From Tubiluchus corallicola (lineage: Eukaryota; Animalia; Priapulida): a stretch of DNA of 64,000 bases. Every line of letters begins with the position of its first letter. The first letter of the stretch is position 1. The DNA lies in assembly GCA_030141605.1 (NCBI GenBank), contig JAQGDQ010000065.1:372001-436000 (forward strand), given 5' to 3'. Shown here piece after piece: positions 49,170 through 62,306 of the stretch. The notes beneath the pieces were generated by a model, which worked only from the letters and a program-made list of their open reading frames with translations, was not told the origin of the DNA and searched no databases. Made by a program: the position numbers and the translations under genes.

Positions 49170-52100
49170 TATATATATATATATATATAATAATCTTTAT
49201 TTGCCATTAAAAACATTGATAATCACTGATAAAAACTTTACAGAGATAATCAATCAGTGTTAGTTAATAAAAATTTACACTGCTGAAGGCAAATGCGTCA
49301 GTGCCATCTAAACTACTGTGCAGTAATGACGAATAAAATCAAACATATTTACAACCATATACAAAAAAATAAAAAATAAAAAAAAACTATGATTTAATTA
49401 ATATGGCCGTGGGTATATGAATTCTGAATTAGTGTGTATGTTGTCGTACTGGTGTGATGGCATTTCATATCTGGTTAATATTAGTGATTTTAATTTTGTT
49501 TTAAATGCTGATAGGGACTTGATTTGTTTAACCTGTAATGGTAGAGAATTCCAAAGTAAAATTGCTTGTTTGATTACAGAGTTCGTTCCATAGTGGGTAT
49601 TTGTCCTAATTTGTTTTAGATTGCTTGTTCTGGAATTAACGATAGGATTTGGAAAAAAGGTAAATCTGTTATTCTGGAATGGTTTGCTGATGTTGTTAAA
49701 GTATTTAAATATAAAAAGCAGAGTAAAATATTCTTTGTGTGCTTCAATGATTGGGAATTTTAAAGTTTTTCTCAGGTTAGTTGTTGAAGCTTTGAATTTT
49801 TCTCTACCTGCCTTATGTTTGTATGAGTACCCAGCTATCAATCTCAACGCATAGTTTTGAAGGAGATTTAATTTTAAGTAATTTTCTCTTTTGGTTTTTT
49901 GAAGTAGCGTACATCCATATAAGAAGTGTGGTAGAACTAAAGTTTTATATATTAGTGTTTTAGTTTCCTTTGTTAGTTGCCCTTTAACTTGTCGGAGATA
50001 TGATGTGCTAGATGCCATTTTTGTGTATATGTTATTAAAGTGTTCATCCCATGAAAGATTATTGTCTACCTGTATGCCCAGGAATTTAACATTGTTAGTT
50101 TGTTTGATTACAGCATTATCTATTGTCAAAGTGGTTGATGATGCATCATTAGTATTTAATGAGGGTGACAATATCATAAATTCTGTTTTGTCATTATTCA
50201 TTTTTAGCTTGTAATGACTAAATGCCATATTTATATTTTTTATATCTTCTTCTAAATAATTTTTTGCAGTTTGGACATTTTCATGGGCTATGTAGATTGT
50301 AGTGTCATCAGCGTATTGCGTTATTTGTGAGTGTTTTAATACACTGGATATGTTGTTTATATATAGGCAAAATAATAACGGACCTAGTAGTGTTCCTTGC
50401 GGTATACCTCTGTTTAACGTGGCCCAGTCAGAAAAGTTGGTTGTATCTAACTTTACTCGTTGTTGTCTGTCTTTGAGATAATTTTGTATCAGTTTTAACG
50501 ATGTCGAATCTAATCTGATTTGTTTTAAATTATCGTAAAGTAGTTCGTGATTAATGCTATCGAAAGCTTTACTTAAATCTAAAAATGCTGCTAAAATGTA
50601 TTGCTTGTTGTCTAAACTATGTCTCCAATTTTCTGTTGTGTGTATTACAGGCGTCAATGGTTGAATGGTGTTTACGGAAGCCAAACTGATGTTTTGATAA
50701 AAGTCCATGTTTATTTACATATGAATTTATCTGATCATAAATTACCCTTTCCCAAACTTTGCCAAAACAATGGATTACGGAAATTGGGCGATAATTCATG
50801 GGATCACATTTTGAATCTTTTTTATGGATTGGAGTCACGTATGCCATTTTACATACTGTTGGAAATTCGCCTCTCATAATTATCTGATTAGCAATGTAAG
50901 TCATATGCGGGGCTATTACAGATGCACTATCTTTTAGAATTTTGATAGGAATATCTGATGGCCCACTCCCTTTGTTGGAACTTAGGTTATTTAATATGTC
51001 GTTAATTTCTCCTACTGTGACGCTTTTGAATGAGAATACTGTGTTGGACGATTTGTTTTTTAATTTGTTAATTATATTATTGCTAATATGAGAAGCCATT
51101 CCCTTAAAATTTCCAAGATTCAGGAATATTGCATTTAGCGCGTTGGCAATATCTTTGGGTTTTGTAATAACAGTGTTGTTGATCTTAATTTCGTCAACAC
51201 GCGTTAGTTTGTTACGACATTTATTTATTACATTGTTAATAATTTTCCATTTTTCTTTAGTATTTCTTACGTTTTTACATTGTTGTTGTATATGTTTATT
51301 TTTCAAGCATTTATTAAGATTATTAAATTGATTTCTCTTTTTTTTATAATTGTTATGATTGTATTTAGTTTTGTTCTTTTCCCATATATTATACATTTTG
51401 TTTTTCGCTATTCTTAGTTTGTCAAGTTCAGGTGTTGTCCAGGTACTTTCGTTATTGAGTTTGTTTTGTTGTGGGATTTGCTTTACGTTTTTATATGGTG
51501 CATGTACATTAAGGCAATATTCGACATTATATATCAGAATATTAACTTGTGTATCTATTTTATCAGTCATATATATGGAGGTCCAGTTCATTTTTGCTAA
51601 GTCGATTAAGTATGAATGTTTGTTGTATTGGGCGTAGTCTCTCATTAAGTGCCAGACTGAATTTTGGTTATTGTTATGCTGTGGGGTCATTTTATCTACT
51701 AATATTGTGAAATGACGATCTGAATAATCACACGGGAAAGTATCATATGCTACGAAATTATTGTTACTATTCGAAATGAAATGGTCGATTACTGTGGCTG
51801 ATGTTTTAGAAATTCGAGTGGGTTTATTGTTGTTAAGTATGTGGACATTATATTGTTTTAAGAGCTCTGTGTATGTTTTGTATGCCAGTGTGTTAGTAGC
51901 TAAAATATCAAGGTTGAAATCGCCCATTATAAGAACTTTTTTATTTTCGAAAACAATGCGTTCTAGTTCTTCACTAAAGTATTTGAAAAATGTTTTGTGT
52001 TTGAGATTGGGTGGTCTATATATGGTTCCTATTACATAGTTTTCAATGCTGCACCAAACAGATTCAATCTTGCCGGTTCTGATGCCTTTCATTTCTTGTG

Positions 52101-53330
52101 GTCTCAGGTGTGAAGGTATATACATCGCAACCCCTCCACCTTTCTTATTTTTACATCTATCTCTTCTTATTAATGTGTGATTAGGTAATTCTATAGTGTT
52201 GCTAAGTATTTGTTTATGTAGCCAAGTTTCTGTTATGCCTACAATCAGATTTTCGGTGGCGTGAATTGTATCTTTCAGCAGCCAGTGTTTTTTGACGAGA
52301 CTTTGAATATTTATATTTAGAAATTTGATGTTCTTTTTATAAGTAATCATGAATTTTTTTAGCTCATCACTGGTATTATTATTGTTGGTGTTATTGTTAT
52401 TGTTATTATTATTATTATTATTATTTGGCAAAATGGGTCCAGGGTTAGTTTCGATACCACCAAGTATAAGTAGTAAACGAATTATGGTTAAAATGTAAGC
52501 CAGTTCAGAACATGAGTATATAGTGCTTTCAAATTTAGATGAAATCTGTAATTTTCCCAATTTTTTTAGAGCTACGTATTTTAGATTGACATGACGCATT
52601 TGCCTTTTTAGGAAGTACACAGAGTTAAAAATATTTTTTACAAGTGGTTGAACGTCATAATTAAAGTTCAAATGATTAAAATCAGGCCAATTTTTAAGTT
52701 TAAAAATATGATAATTCTTAATTATTACAGGTAAGTTGGTATTGCCATTGTACAGCTGTAAGATGCATATCGAAGCAATAAATAAAATTTTATGGGAATT
52801 ACATTTAGCTTTTACACATATGAAAATTTTTGAAATATAAATTAAGATCTGTATTACTTATTAAGTCAAGAGTATAAAGCACAAAATCAGGATTAAGGCA
52901 ACATGGGTCCACTAGTAAAATATATGAAGGTATTACGCTTAAATTTATCAGCACCATAATTAATTTACTATTGTGTGACTTAGAAAGAGTAACGTAAATT
53001 ATGAGAGTTAGACTGATTGCCAATAGGCTAATGTTAACGATAGGCCTATAACATGCACACATTTCATCATTAGTGGGTACATTATATGAAGTACAGGCGG
53101 CACTAATTGGGCAAATAACGTGAAGATGTGTGCCCTTGCAATATCTACATATTATTTGAGATGAACACATCCAAGCAAAGTGACCACCTTCTAGGCCCTT
53201 AAAATTGTATCATTGAGCTTGTTTCTTCTGCTTTGAGCGGTCGTAAACTGATCAGAATCTGCTGACCAGTAATTCTGATGGCAAAAATGGCACGAAGTCG
53301 GTGGCTGATCCTTCTTCGACATTCTATAAG
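49170..53330 (-). mobile_element. Near-complete CR1/L2/Crack-group LINE: ORF1 zinc-knuckle remnant, ORF2, 3' UTR, (TA)n tail
   Basis: APE and RT domains; 3' end AATAAAGATTAT then (TA)n at about 49165-49190; knuckle remnant GH FAWMC..CRYCKGTH..C near 53110-53215. The 5' limit is approximate. Confidence 0.88.
49398..52671 (-). CDS. LINE ORF2 (APE endonuclease + reverse transcriptase) split by one +1 frameshift near 50648
   Basis: APE: NINIQSL, GITETWL, GGGVAMYI, IYRPP, MGDFN, IDHF, SDRH. RT: NYRPIS, QFGFR, FLDLSKAFD, GIPQG..LGP, YADD. The paralog at about 60575 reads GAC CCC CTA ATA where this copy reads GAC GCC TGTA ATA. Confidence 0.85.
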
Positions 53331-53639
53331 CTAGGAGACAAAATAATTAGTCAGTAAATGCTATCTTTTGTGGTTTTACGCTATATCGTATGTAATGCTT
53401 TGAATTTATGTTATAATACGTATTTTATTAAAATACATTTACAGATGATCTCCTGAAAGAGAAATATAGTTAATTTATCCATACATACTTTATCTCTATT
53501 CTGTAGTTGAAACTATGCTTGGTTATGTGAAAGCTGGGTTCAGATGTAATACGTCAAATGAACTTAAAAATAATAAAAAAGATATTAATGTCTATTTTAT
53601 GTACGTATCTAAATTATTTGCCACTTCTAGACGATTACA

Positions 53640-54110
53640 GATGCACCACCAGCTTATGGACAGGGCGTTCCAAAATGGTTGCATCAGCAAGACTTCTACC
53701 TTGGTTGTCTAATACTGAATGAGCCATTTGAAGACGCACTTTTCTTATTTCACCCTCAGCACTAGGATTGGTTTCTTACGCTCTAGCCAACGTCCAATCA
53801 TTTCTAGTACGACCTTCATCTTTCACAAGATTATATCATCAGCTTCTACCTGGTGCTTAGATCCATGCCACTTAGGCCTTGTCTGAAAATTTTGGAGAAA
53901 TGCCTACCACCCGGACCAGAACAGATTTGCCCAGTGTTGCACTCTTCTCCAACGTGTGTGTGAACATTTTACATTCTCCACGAAGTTACTTGGTGAAGGC
54001 ATTATGAATTTCGATTTAACCTTCATCATGAGCAATTGATTTGGAGTTAACGGGTTAAGAAACTGAGAATCATTTATGGACTCTGTAGTCAGAGAATGAC
54101 TATTTACTAT
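53640..54110 (-). pseudogene. Decayed BEL/Pao integrase C-terminus (DUF5641)
   Basis: PLTPNQLL..RWRRVQHWANLFW..QTRPKW, with stops. Confidence 0.75.
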
Positions 54111-54586
54111 TTTAATGTCTTTGGTAATATTACATCAACTCGATAATTACTATTTGGACAACACTTCAACACTTTATTATTTCAAATGTAATGAACGATA
54201 CATTAAACAAAGAAAATTAGCATGTACTGTCAAATGCCTTATCTTACACATGTTCTCCTTTCCAGGCATCACTAACTAACCCACATCACTAAGCACAAGA
54301 TTTCATGCATATACAACATTTCCTTTCTCCTACTTGTGAACCTGCATACAAAATTAAGCCCAAGAAATTCACTCTAAAATGAAACACACATTGCAATTTG
54401 CAGGACAAAAATTTCCCATAGGGCTTGGATGAATCTCATCCTCAAATCAACATGTGCAGTGTGAACACTAACTTTTGAAATTTGTTAACATTAAACTGTA
54501 TCTAGTAACTAGCATATGTTTGCCCTATATAGGATAGCAAGACAAATCATATCTAATATATCTGTGTCCTCAAGCAGCAGAATTAA

Positions 54587-57010
54587 TTACAAATTCAGCC
54601 GTTTTGGAGGAACAATGGCTCTTTTAGACCTTCTCAAGGTAGTGTTAGGATTTTCCTCGACATGAATAGCATTTGGTGATTTAACAGGTAACACATCTTT
54701 ACATGTGTCAGGTCCTTTCACTACAAAAGGTTTTTGGTTTACAATTGGTTTTACAGAAGTGTTTACAGTAGTAGTAGAGGGCATCGTAATATCGGGATGT
54801 AACTGTACATGGGACAGGAACATTACAACTGATTTTGGTTCAATTACACTAGGCTTAACATGCGGCTCTTTGCCAACTTTCAGTTCACAATCACTTCTTG
54901 CATCATCATGCATCAAATGATCAGTGTGCACAAATCGAGCAAAATTACCAGGTAGTTTAACTAAGTACGTATGAGGACCCTTGATTTCAGTTATTATACC
55001 AGGAATCCACTTTTCTCTACCTTTTCTCAAATTTCGAACTTTAACATGTTAATACAAACTGTATACACGAGATTTAGGGTTTTTACCATCACGATGTAGT
55101 TTACTTGCCTCTTGTTTATGTTCTACCTTACGCTCCAAGCTAAGTTTAACTAAAGACAACACAGTTCGAGGAGCTCTCTTTAGAAAAAGTTCAGAGGGAG
55201 TCTTACCAGTAGTGCTTTGGTACATTGCGATAATTAAATAAAACATGTGCTATTTTATTATGTAATGGCATACGAGCATCACACTTTTTGTACATCTGTT
55301 TAAAAGTATGCACATATTTTTGGTGGTATGGTGGGCATAGAGTGTGTTCGATATCATTTTGCTGTAAAAAGAACTTGAAATCTTCAGTAATGAATTGGGG
55401 TCCATTATCTGAAACTAATCTTTGGGGAAGGCCAAATTTTGCAAACAAGGTTCTCAAAGTTGTAATAGTAGCAGACGAAGAAGTACTTGTCATCGGAAAA
55501 AAGCTCAAGCCATTTAGAAAAACTATCAACAACTAAGAAAAACATCTGACCTCTAACTTCTGCGAAATCTTCATGAATCCTTTGCCAGGGTTCTGTGGAC
55601 CAGGGCCACAACAAAAGAGGAACAGGCTTAGGGTTCTTACCCAAGTCTGAACATTGTTGACAAGTCCGAACAATTTCTTCGATGTCCTGGCCACCAGACG
55701 AATGACCTCGCCATAGCCTTCATTCAAGTAACACCTGGGTGGCAATCATGAAGTTCAACTGGCATTCTTTTCTGCAAATGTACAGGAACAACTACTCTCC
55801 TACCCCAGAGAAGACATCCATCCTCAACTGACAATTCATCTTTGCGCTGAAAAAATGGAGAGAAAATTTTATCCACTTCAATCCGCCAACCAAATAAAGT
55901 GTACTCATACACTCTGGACAAGAAAGAACCGTTGGCAGTTACACTTGCAATTTCACTAGAGGTTATTGGCAGATTATCAACAATAACATGACAATTCCAA
56001 TGCTCATTGGGGTCAGCAGTAGCATGATTATTAACTGGGAATCTACTCAACATATCGGTTTTAGCATTTGCATTACCAGAACGGTACACAATATCATACT
56101 GATATCCTGACAAAAGCCCATCTTTGCATCCTGGCAGCAGCTAGAGTAAGAATGCTAGTCTTAGGACCAAAAATTCGAGTGAGAGGCTTATGGTCCGTCA
56201 TTAAAGTGAATTTTCGCCCATACAAATACATATGGAAACGCTTTACACCACAAATTATTGACAAACATTCGTTTTCAATCTGAGCGTAACCCTTTTCAGC
56301 AGAACTTAAGGTCCTAAGTGCAAAAGCAATAGGTCTATCCGACCCGTTTTCCATCTTGTGGCTCAAAACTGCTCCTAAGCCAAAAGGAGAAGCATCTACA
56401 CTTAAGATTAGTGGCTTCTGAGAATCAAATTGCACAAGAACCTGAGCACTTAACCAAGACTCTTTAGCAAACAAGAAAGCTCTTCACATGCTTTTGACCA
56501 GGCCCATTTAGCAGTATGCCTTAACAAACCATACAAAGCATGCAGTTTAGAAGACAAATTGGGCGCAAATTTGGCGTAATAGTTTACCATACCCAAAACG
56601 ATTTCAACTCTGACACATTTGTGGGTTTTGGTGCTTCCACAATAGCAGTAATTTTATTCTCTAGAGGGCGTATGCCATCAGCATTTAGTACATGTCCCAA
56701 ATATTTAACTTCAGGCTTGAAAAATACACACTTTTCCCCATTCAATTTAACATTGAACTTTGTCAATTGTTCAAAAATTCTTTTCAAAACTTTCATGTGC
56801 TGTTCGTATGTTTCGGTTGCAATAAGAATATCATCAATATAACAAAGTAGTTCTTCAATACCAGCTAAAATTTTATCCATGGTAGCTTGAAACTGAGTTA
56901 TTAACTTAATACCATAGCTAGTAATCCCTAATGTGTATTTAACACTAAATACCTTGGATAAATTCTTCATCCAACAACAGTTGGTTAAAGGCATCCTTTA
57001 GATCAAGACC
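54587..57010 (-). pseudogene. Decayed Ty3/Gypsy pol (RT - RNase H - integrase)
   Basis: CYIDDILI, VDASPFGLGAVL, YAQIE.E, TDHKPL, WQRIH.DFA, LVSDNGPQF, ending LRRSKR..PPKRLNL; multiple frameshifts. Confidence 0.88.
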
Positions 57011-57059
57011 TTGATGTCGCCTCCCGCAGCTATAAACCTACGTAATGCCAAAATAAAGC

Positions 57060-58160
57060 ATCGGCGGTCATATCATTAACTACTTAAAATGTGCTGCACG
57101 TGATGCAAAACAGGTAAACAATGCGAAATAGCGCTTCTTTTCGGACCTCCTCTCCTTTATTACAAAAGGACCAAAACAATCTACAGCTACATATGTGAAT
57201 GGAGCACAATCCTCCAATCTATACTTTGGTAAATCACTCATTTCTAGGAATATACCTTTAAAGTGCTTACACCTCTTTATTTGTGCAGCTACAACTGAAC
57301 TGCAATGTATCACCCAATATCCTTGTGCACGTAACTCATTCATGGTCATACTTCGACCGCCATGTTTCACACGCTCGTGACTGTATCGCACAATTAATTC
57401 TGTCAATACATGTTTGGAAGGGTGTTTCTCATGAAAGGTAAATCTCTAACAAGTTGTACCACCGACTCTAAGAATTCCATTACTATCAATAAAAGGTGCA
57501 AGATTTCTCAACCTGCCATTTACCTTCTTCTCCCTAGACGACTTATTATTGGCTTGACTCTGCCTAATATGAATTAACTCGTCACTAAAACATTCTCTCT
57601 GTGCTAGACGAATCATAGCGTACTTAGCTTGCTGGGAATAAGAAACACTTTCAGATTCAGCTACCTTTCCTTTAACCTTGTTAAGAAAATTGTCTATAAA
57701 TCATGCACAATATTGCATACATCGTAATGTAGAGTCAGATACTCTATAAAGCAAAGGTAGAGCTTCTGACTTAACTGCTACGCGATAAGATACACCTTTG
57801 ACTTTGTTAATTTCTACATGACTAGGATTCAGAGTAGGTTCGTACGGATTAATGGGAATAGTCTCTTCCCACAGGAAATCAGCACCTTTAAACCATAACT
57901 CATCACACAACAGTTTTTCTACCGTCAAACCGCTTGATGCTATATCTGCTAGATTATTAAACGTAGAGATCCAGTTCCTCTGTGATGGACTGGTATGTGT
58001 CATTTGCTATGTAACCCAACTCTACATTGCTGTCATACTAAAAATATTCCTTACATTTTCTAAATTAAGCTCTCTGTTTAGAAACTTGCTAATATGAGCC
58101 GCTAACAAAGCTGCTGTCAACTTAAGACGATGAATACTAACAGTCTTGATCGGAGCTACT
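57060..58160 (-). pseudogene. Decayed BEL/Pao RNase H - integrase fragment
   Basis: VAPIKTVSI.RLKLTAA, NLADIAS.G, PFTYVAVDCFGPF..KRY.ALFTC.ASRA.H. Confidence 0.8.
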
Positions 58161-59352
58161 CAGGAATTCAGTAGAGACAGAAAATTTACTTGACGATGCT
58201 TCAAAAATTCCACACCCACCAGAGTTGGCGGGTTTAACAACCAGTTTCGCGGAAAATGTAGCTGATAATGCATCGTGCCCCAAGTTGCCGAAAACACCTC
58301 CTTAGAAACTCGCCCTAGTGGTGCTGTGTAGTCTCCACTTTCTGCTTTTCCCCCTTTCCATTCTCTTCTACTACCCACCACCCCTCGTACATCAACACCG
58401 TTACATCTTTCTAAATCTGTTGTGTTTGAATTCTCAATAGATGAAAGTCCACCTACTATTGACCTAGTTTGTGATTTGCTTGATGGGGCAGTTGATGCTA
58501 CTGCCCATGATCCCAGGAAGTTATCCAGCATGTTTTAAGAGAATCTGTCCTACTAAATGTATCAGGTGAACGCATAATTTACTACAGAGATAAACGTCAA
58601 AGAAAGCATGCCTCTCAGTCATATTGCCGTATAGGAATAAACTATGGCAATCTTACTGCATGTAAGCCTCTCCAGCCCAGTCGGAGCCCTACAATACACC
58701 ACACTTTCCTGCAAAACTACTTAGGCGGAGACATGCGTAGATAAGACACAACTTCGCCATGCGTGTGCTCATAAGAATGACACTAATCGATGTTTCTCTT
58801 CAGCTATTATGATGAACTACCCTTGCAGCTGTAATGTATGATTTATTTTCAGCCGTTATTAAAAGCATTTGCATTTGTTTTTCCAGCATTCTTTTAGAAA
58901 GTAAGAGTCAAACTCTGTAAGACGTTTTTAAAAAATAATCTTGTCACTCGTTTTTCTTTTCTGAAATACTAGAATTATTGTACAGAAATGACTTTTCTTT
59001 GAGCAAAGATCTATTTTTGTCCAGTAAAGAAAACAAATTTTTTATTGTGGTTAAATGTTTATTTTCGTTCTTGAGCTATTTTTAATTTATTTGCCCAATT
59101 TAGCTACGAAAAAGCTTCACTATGCTAGTATGTCATAAATAATTGACATTTCGTTGCAGTATTGAAATAACGAAATTACGTTCCTCATCATCGAACTGAA
59201 TAGCGGGGAACGCAATTTTTAGTAATCATGCATTTTTGTTGATTTTAGCCCTTTTCAGCTTATCATAAGACACTTGGTCAATTGAAACCTTTGTGGCAGG
59301 CTAACAAATCTTCAAGACAACTGACCAACCTTCGTTTTACGTCTGTTGCATT

Positions 59353-62021
59353 GCATAGAAAACATACACAGCGCTCTTAAAACAATATAATGTCCACATA
59401 CTTAATAACAATAAACCTACTCGAATTTCTAAAACATCAGCCACAGTAATCGACCATTTCATTTCGAATAGTGACAATAAATTCGTAGCATATGATACTT
59501 TCCCGTGTGATTGTTCAGATCATTATTTCACAATAGTAGATAAAATGTCCCCACAGCATAACTATAGCCAAAATTCAGTCTGGCATTTAATGAGAGACTA
59601 CGCCCAATACAGTAAACATTCATACTTAATCGACTTAGCTAAAATGAACTGGGCCTCTATATATATATATGACTGATAAAATAGATACACACGTAAATAT
59701 TCTGATTAATGATGTCGAATATTACCTTAATGTACATGCACCATATAAAAACGTAAAACAACTACCAAAGCAAAGCAAACTCAATAACGAAAGTACCTGG
59801 ACAACACTTGAAGTTGACAAACTAAGAATAACGAAAAACAGAATGTATAATATATGGGAAAAGAACAAAACTAAAAACAATCACAACAATTATAAAACAA
59901 GAGAAATCAGTTTAATAATCTTAATAAATGCTTGAGAAATAAACATATAAAACAACAATGTAAAAACGCAACAAAAACTAAAGAAAAGTGGAAAATTATT
60001 AACAATGTAGTAAATAGTTGCCGTAACACTAACTAACGCGGATTGACGAAATTAAATTTTCGCGGACACTGTTATTACAAAGTCCAAAGATATTGCCTAC
60101 GCGCTAAATACAACATTCTTGAATCTTGGAATTTTAATGGAGTGGCTTCTCAAATTAGCAATAATATCATTAACAAATTTAAAAACAAATCGACTAACAC
60201 AGTTTCTCATTCACAAGCGTCACAGTAGGAGAAATTATGGACATATTAAATAACCTAAATTTTAACAAAGGGAGTGGACCATCAAATATTCCTATCAAAA
60301 TTCTAAATGACAGTGCATCTGTAATAGCCCTGCATATCACTTACATTGATAATCAGATAGTTATGAGAGGCGAATTTCCAACTGTATGTAAAATGGCAAA
60401 CGTGACTCCAATCCACAAAAAAGATCCAAAATGGGACCCCATGAATTATCGCCCAATTTCCGCAAAATATGTTGTTTTGGCAAAGGATTATTTATGATCA
60501 GATAAATTCATACGTAAATAAACATGAACTTTTATCAAAACATCAGTTTTGGCTTCCGTAAACACCATTCAATCATTGACCCCCTAATACACACTACAGA
60601 AAATTGGAGACATAGCCTAGGCAACAAGCAATACATTTTAGTGGCATTTTTGGATTTAAGTAAAGCATTCGGTAGCATTAATCACGAACTACTTTTCGAT
60701 AAATGGGATTTGATTCGATATCGTTAAAACTGATAGAAAATTATCTCAAAGATAGACAAGAACGAGTAAGGTTAGATACAAGCAATTTTTCTGACTAAGC
60801 CATGTTAAAGAGAGGAACACTACTAGGTCCGTTATTATTTTGCCTATATATAAACAACATATCCAGTGTATTACAACACTCACAAATTACACAATACGCT
60901 GATGACGCTACAATTTACTTAGCCCACGAAAATATCCAAACTGCAAAAAATTATTTAGAAAAAGATATAAAAATATAAATATGGCATTTAGTCACTACAA
61001 GCTAAAAATGAATAACGATAAAACAGAATTCATGATACTGTCACCCCCATTAAATACTAACGATGCGTCATCAACCACTTTGACAATAGATAATGCTGTA
61101 ATCAAACAAACTAATAATGTTAAATTTCTGGGCATACAGGTAGACAATAATCTTTCATGGGATGAACACTTTAATAACATATACACAAATTTAGCATCTA
61201 GCACATCATATCTCCGACAAGTTAAAGGACAACTAACAAAACAAACTAAGACACTAATATATAAAACTTTAATTCTACTACACTTCTTATATGGATGTGC
61301 GCTACTTCAAAATCCAAAAGAGAAAATTACTTAATAATAAATCTCTTTCAGAACTATGCGTTGAGATTGATAGCTGGGTACTCGTACAAACGTAAGATAG
61401 GTAGACAAAAATTCAAAGCTTCAACAACTAACAAGAAAGACTTTAAAATTTCCAGTTATTGAAGCACACAAAGAATATTTTACTCTGCTTTTTATATTTA
61501 AATACATTAACAACATCAGCAAACCATTCCAAAATAACAGATTTACCTTTTTTCCAAATCCTATCGTTAATTCCAGAACAAGCAATCTAAAACAAATTAG
61601 GACAAATACCTACTATGGAACGAACTCTGTAATCAAACAAGCAATTTTACTTTGGAATTCTCTACCATTACAGGTTAAACAAATCAAGTCCCTATCAGCA
61701 TTTAAAACAAAATTAAAATCACTAATATTAACCAGATATGAAATGCCATCACACCAGTACGACAACATACACACTAATTCAGAATTTATATATCCACGGC
61801 CATATTAATTAAATTATAATTTTTAATATTTTTGTGAATAGTTGTAAATACGTTCTATTTTCATTCGTCGTTACTTTCCATTACTGCACAGTAGTTTAGC
61901 TTGCACTGACGCATTTGCCTTTAGCAAATGTTTTTATTAACTAACACTGATTGATCGTCTCGGTAAATTTTTCATTCAGTGATTATCAGTGTATATTAAT
62001 GGCAAATAAAGATTATATATA
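59353..62021 (+). pseudogene. 5'-truncated, frameshifted copy of the 49170-53330 LINE, in inverted orientation
   Basis: Clear nucleotide similarity to the reverse complement of about 49190-51885; ends AATAAAGATTATATATA. Confidence 0.9.
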
Positions 62022-62306
62022 GACCACGTTTTTTGGCACTTTCAATGACGCATCGTACATAATCTAAACTCGGTGAATATGAACATCGTTATGAATTTGC
62101 ATTTAGAAAGTAGCTGAATTTTCTTATTTTCGTTGTTGTTTTAAAATACTTCGCTGCTAACACTGCTTTTCAGCCTGTTTAGTTTATGGGATTTCAAACA
62201 TCAGTTTAGAGCTACTAGTAATTTCTTTGTTTGGTTGATAATCACTGTATAACTTTTAATTTGCAAAGCTTTAATTCCCTTTTGTTTAAAAGCTGTGTGT
62301 TTTTAG

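Noticed and set aside
50617-50708. Programmed frameshift between the two LINE ORFs
   Set aside because: The break falls inside the RT domain and the paralogous copy lacks the extra base, so it is a 1-bp insertion or sequencing error.
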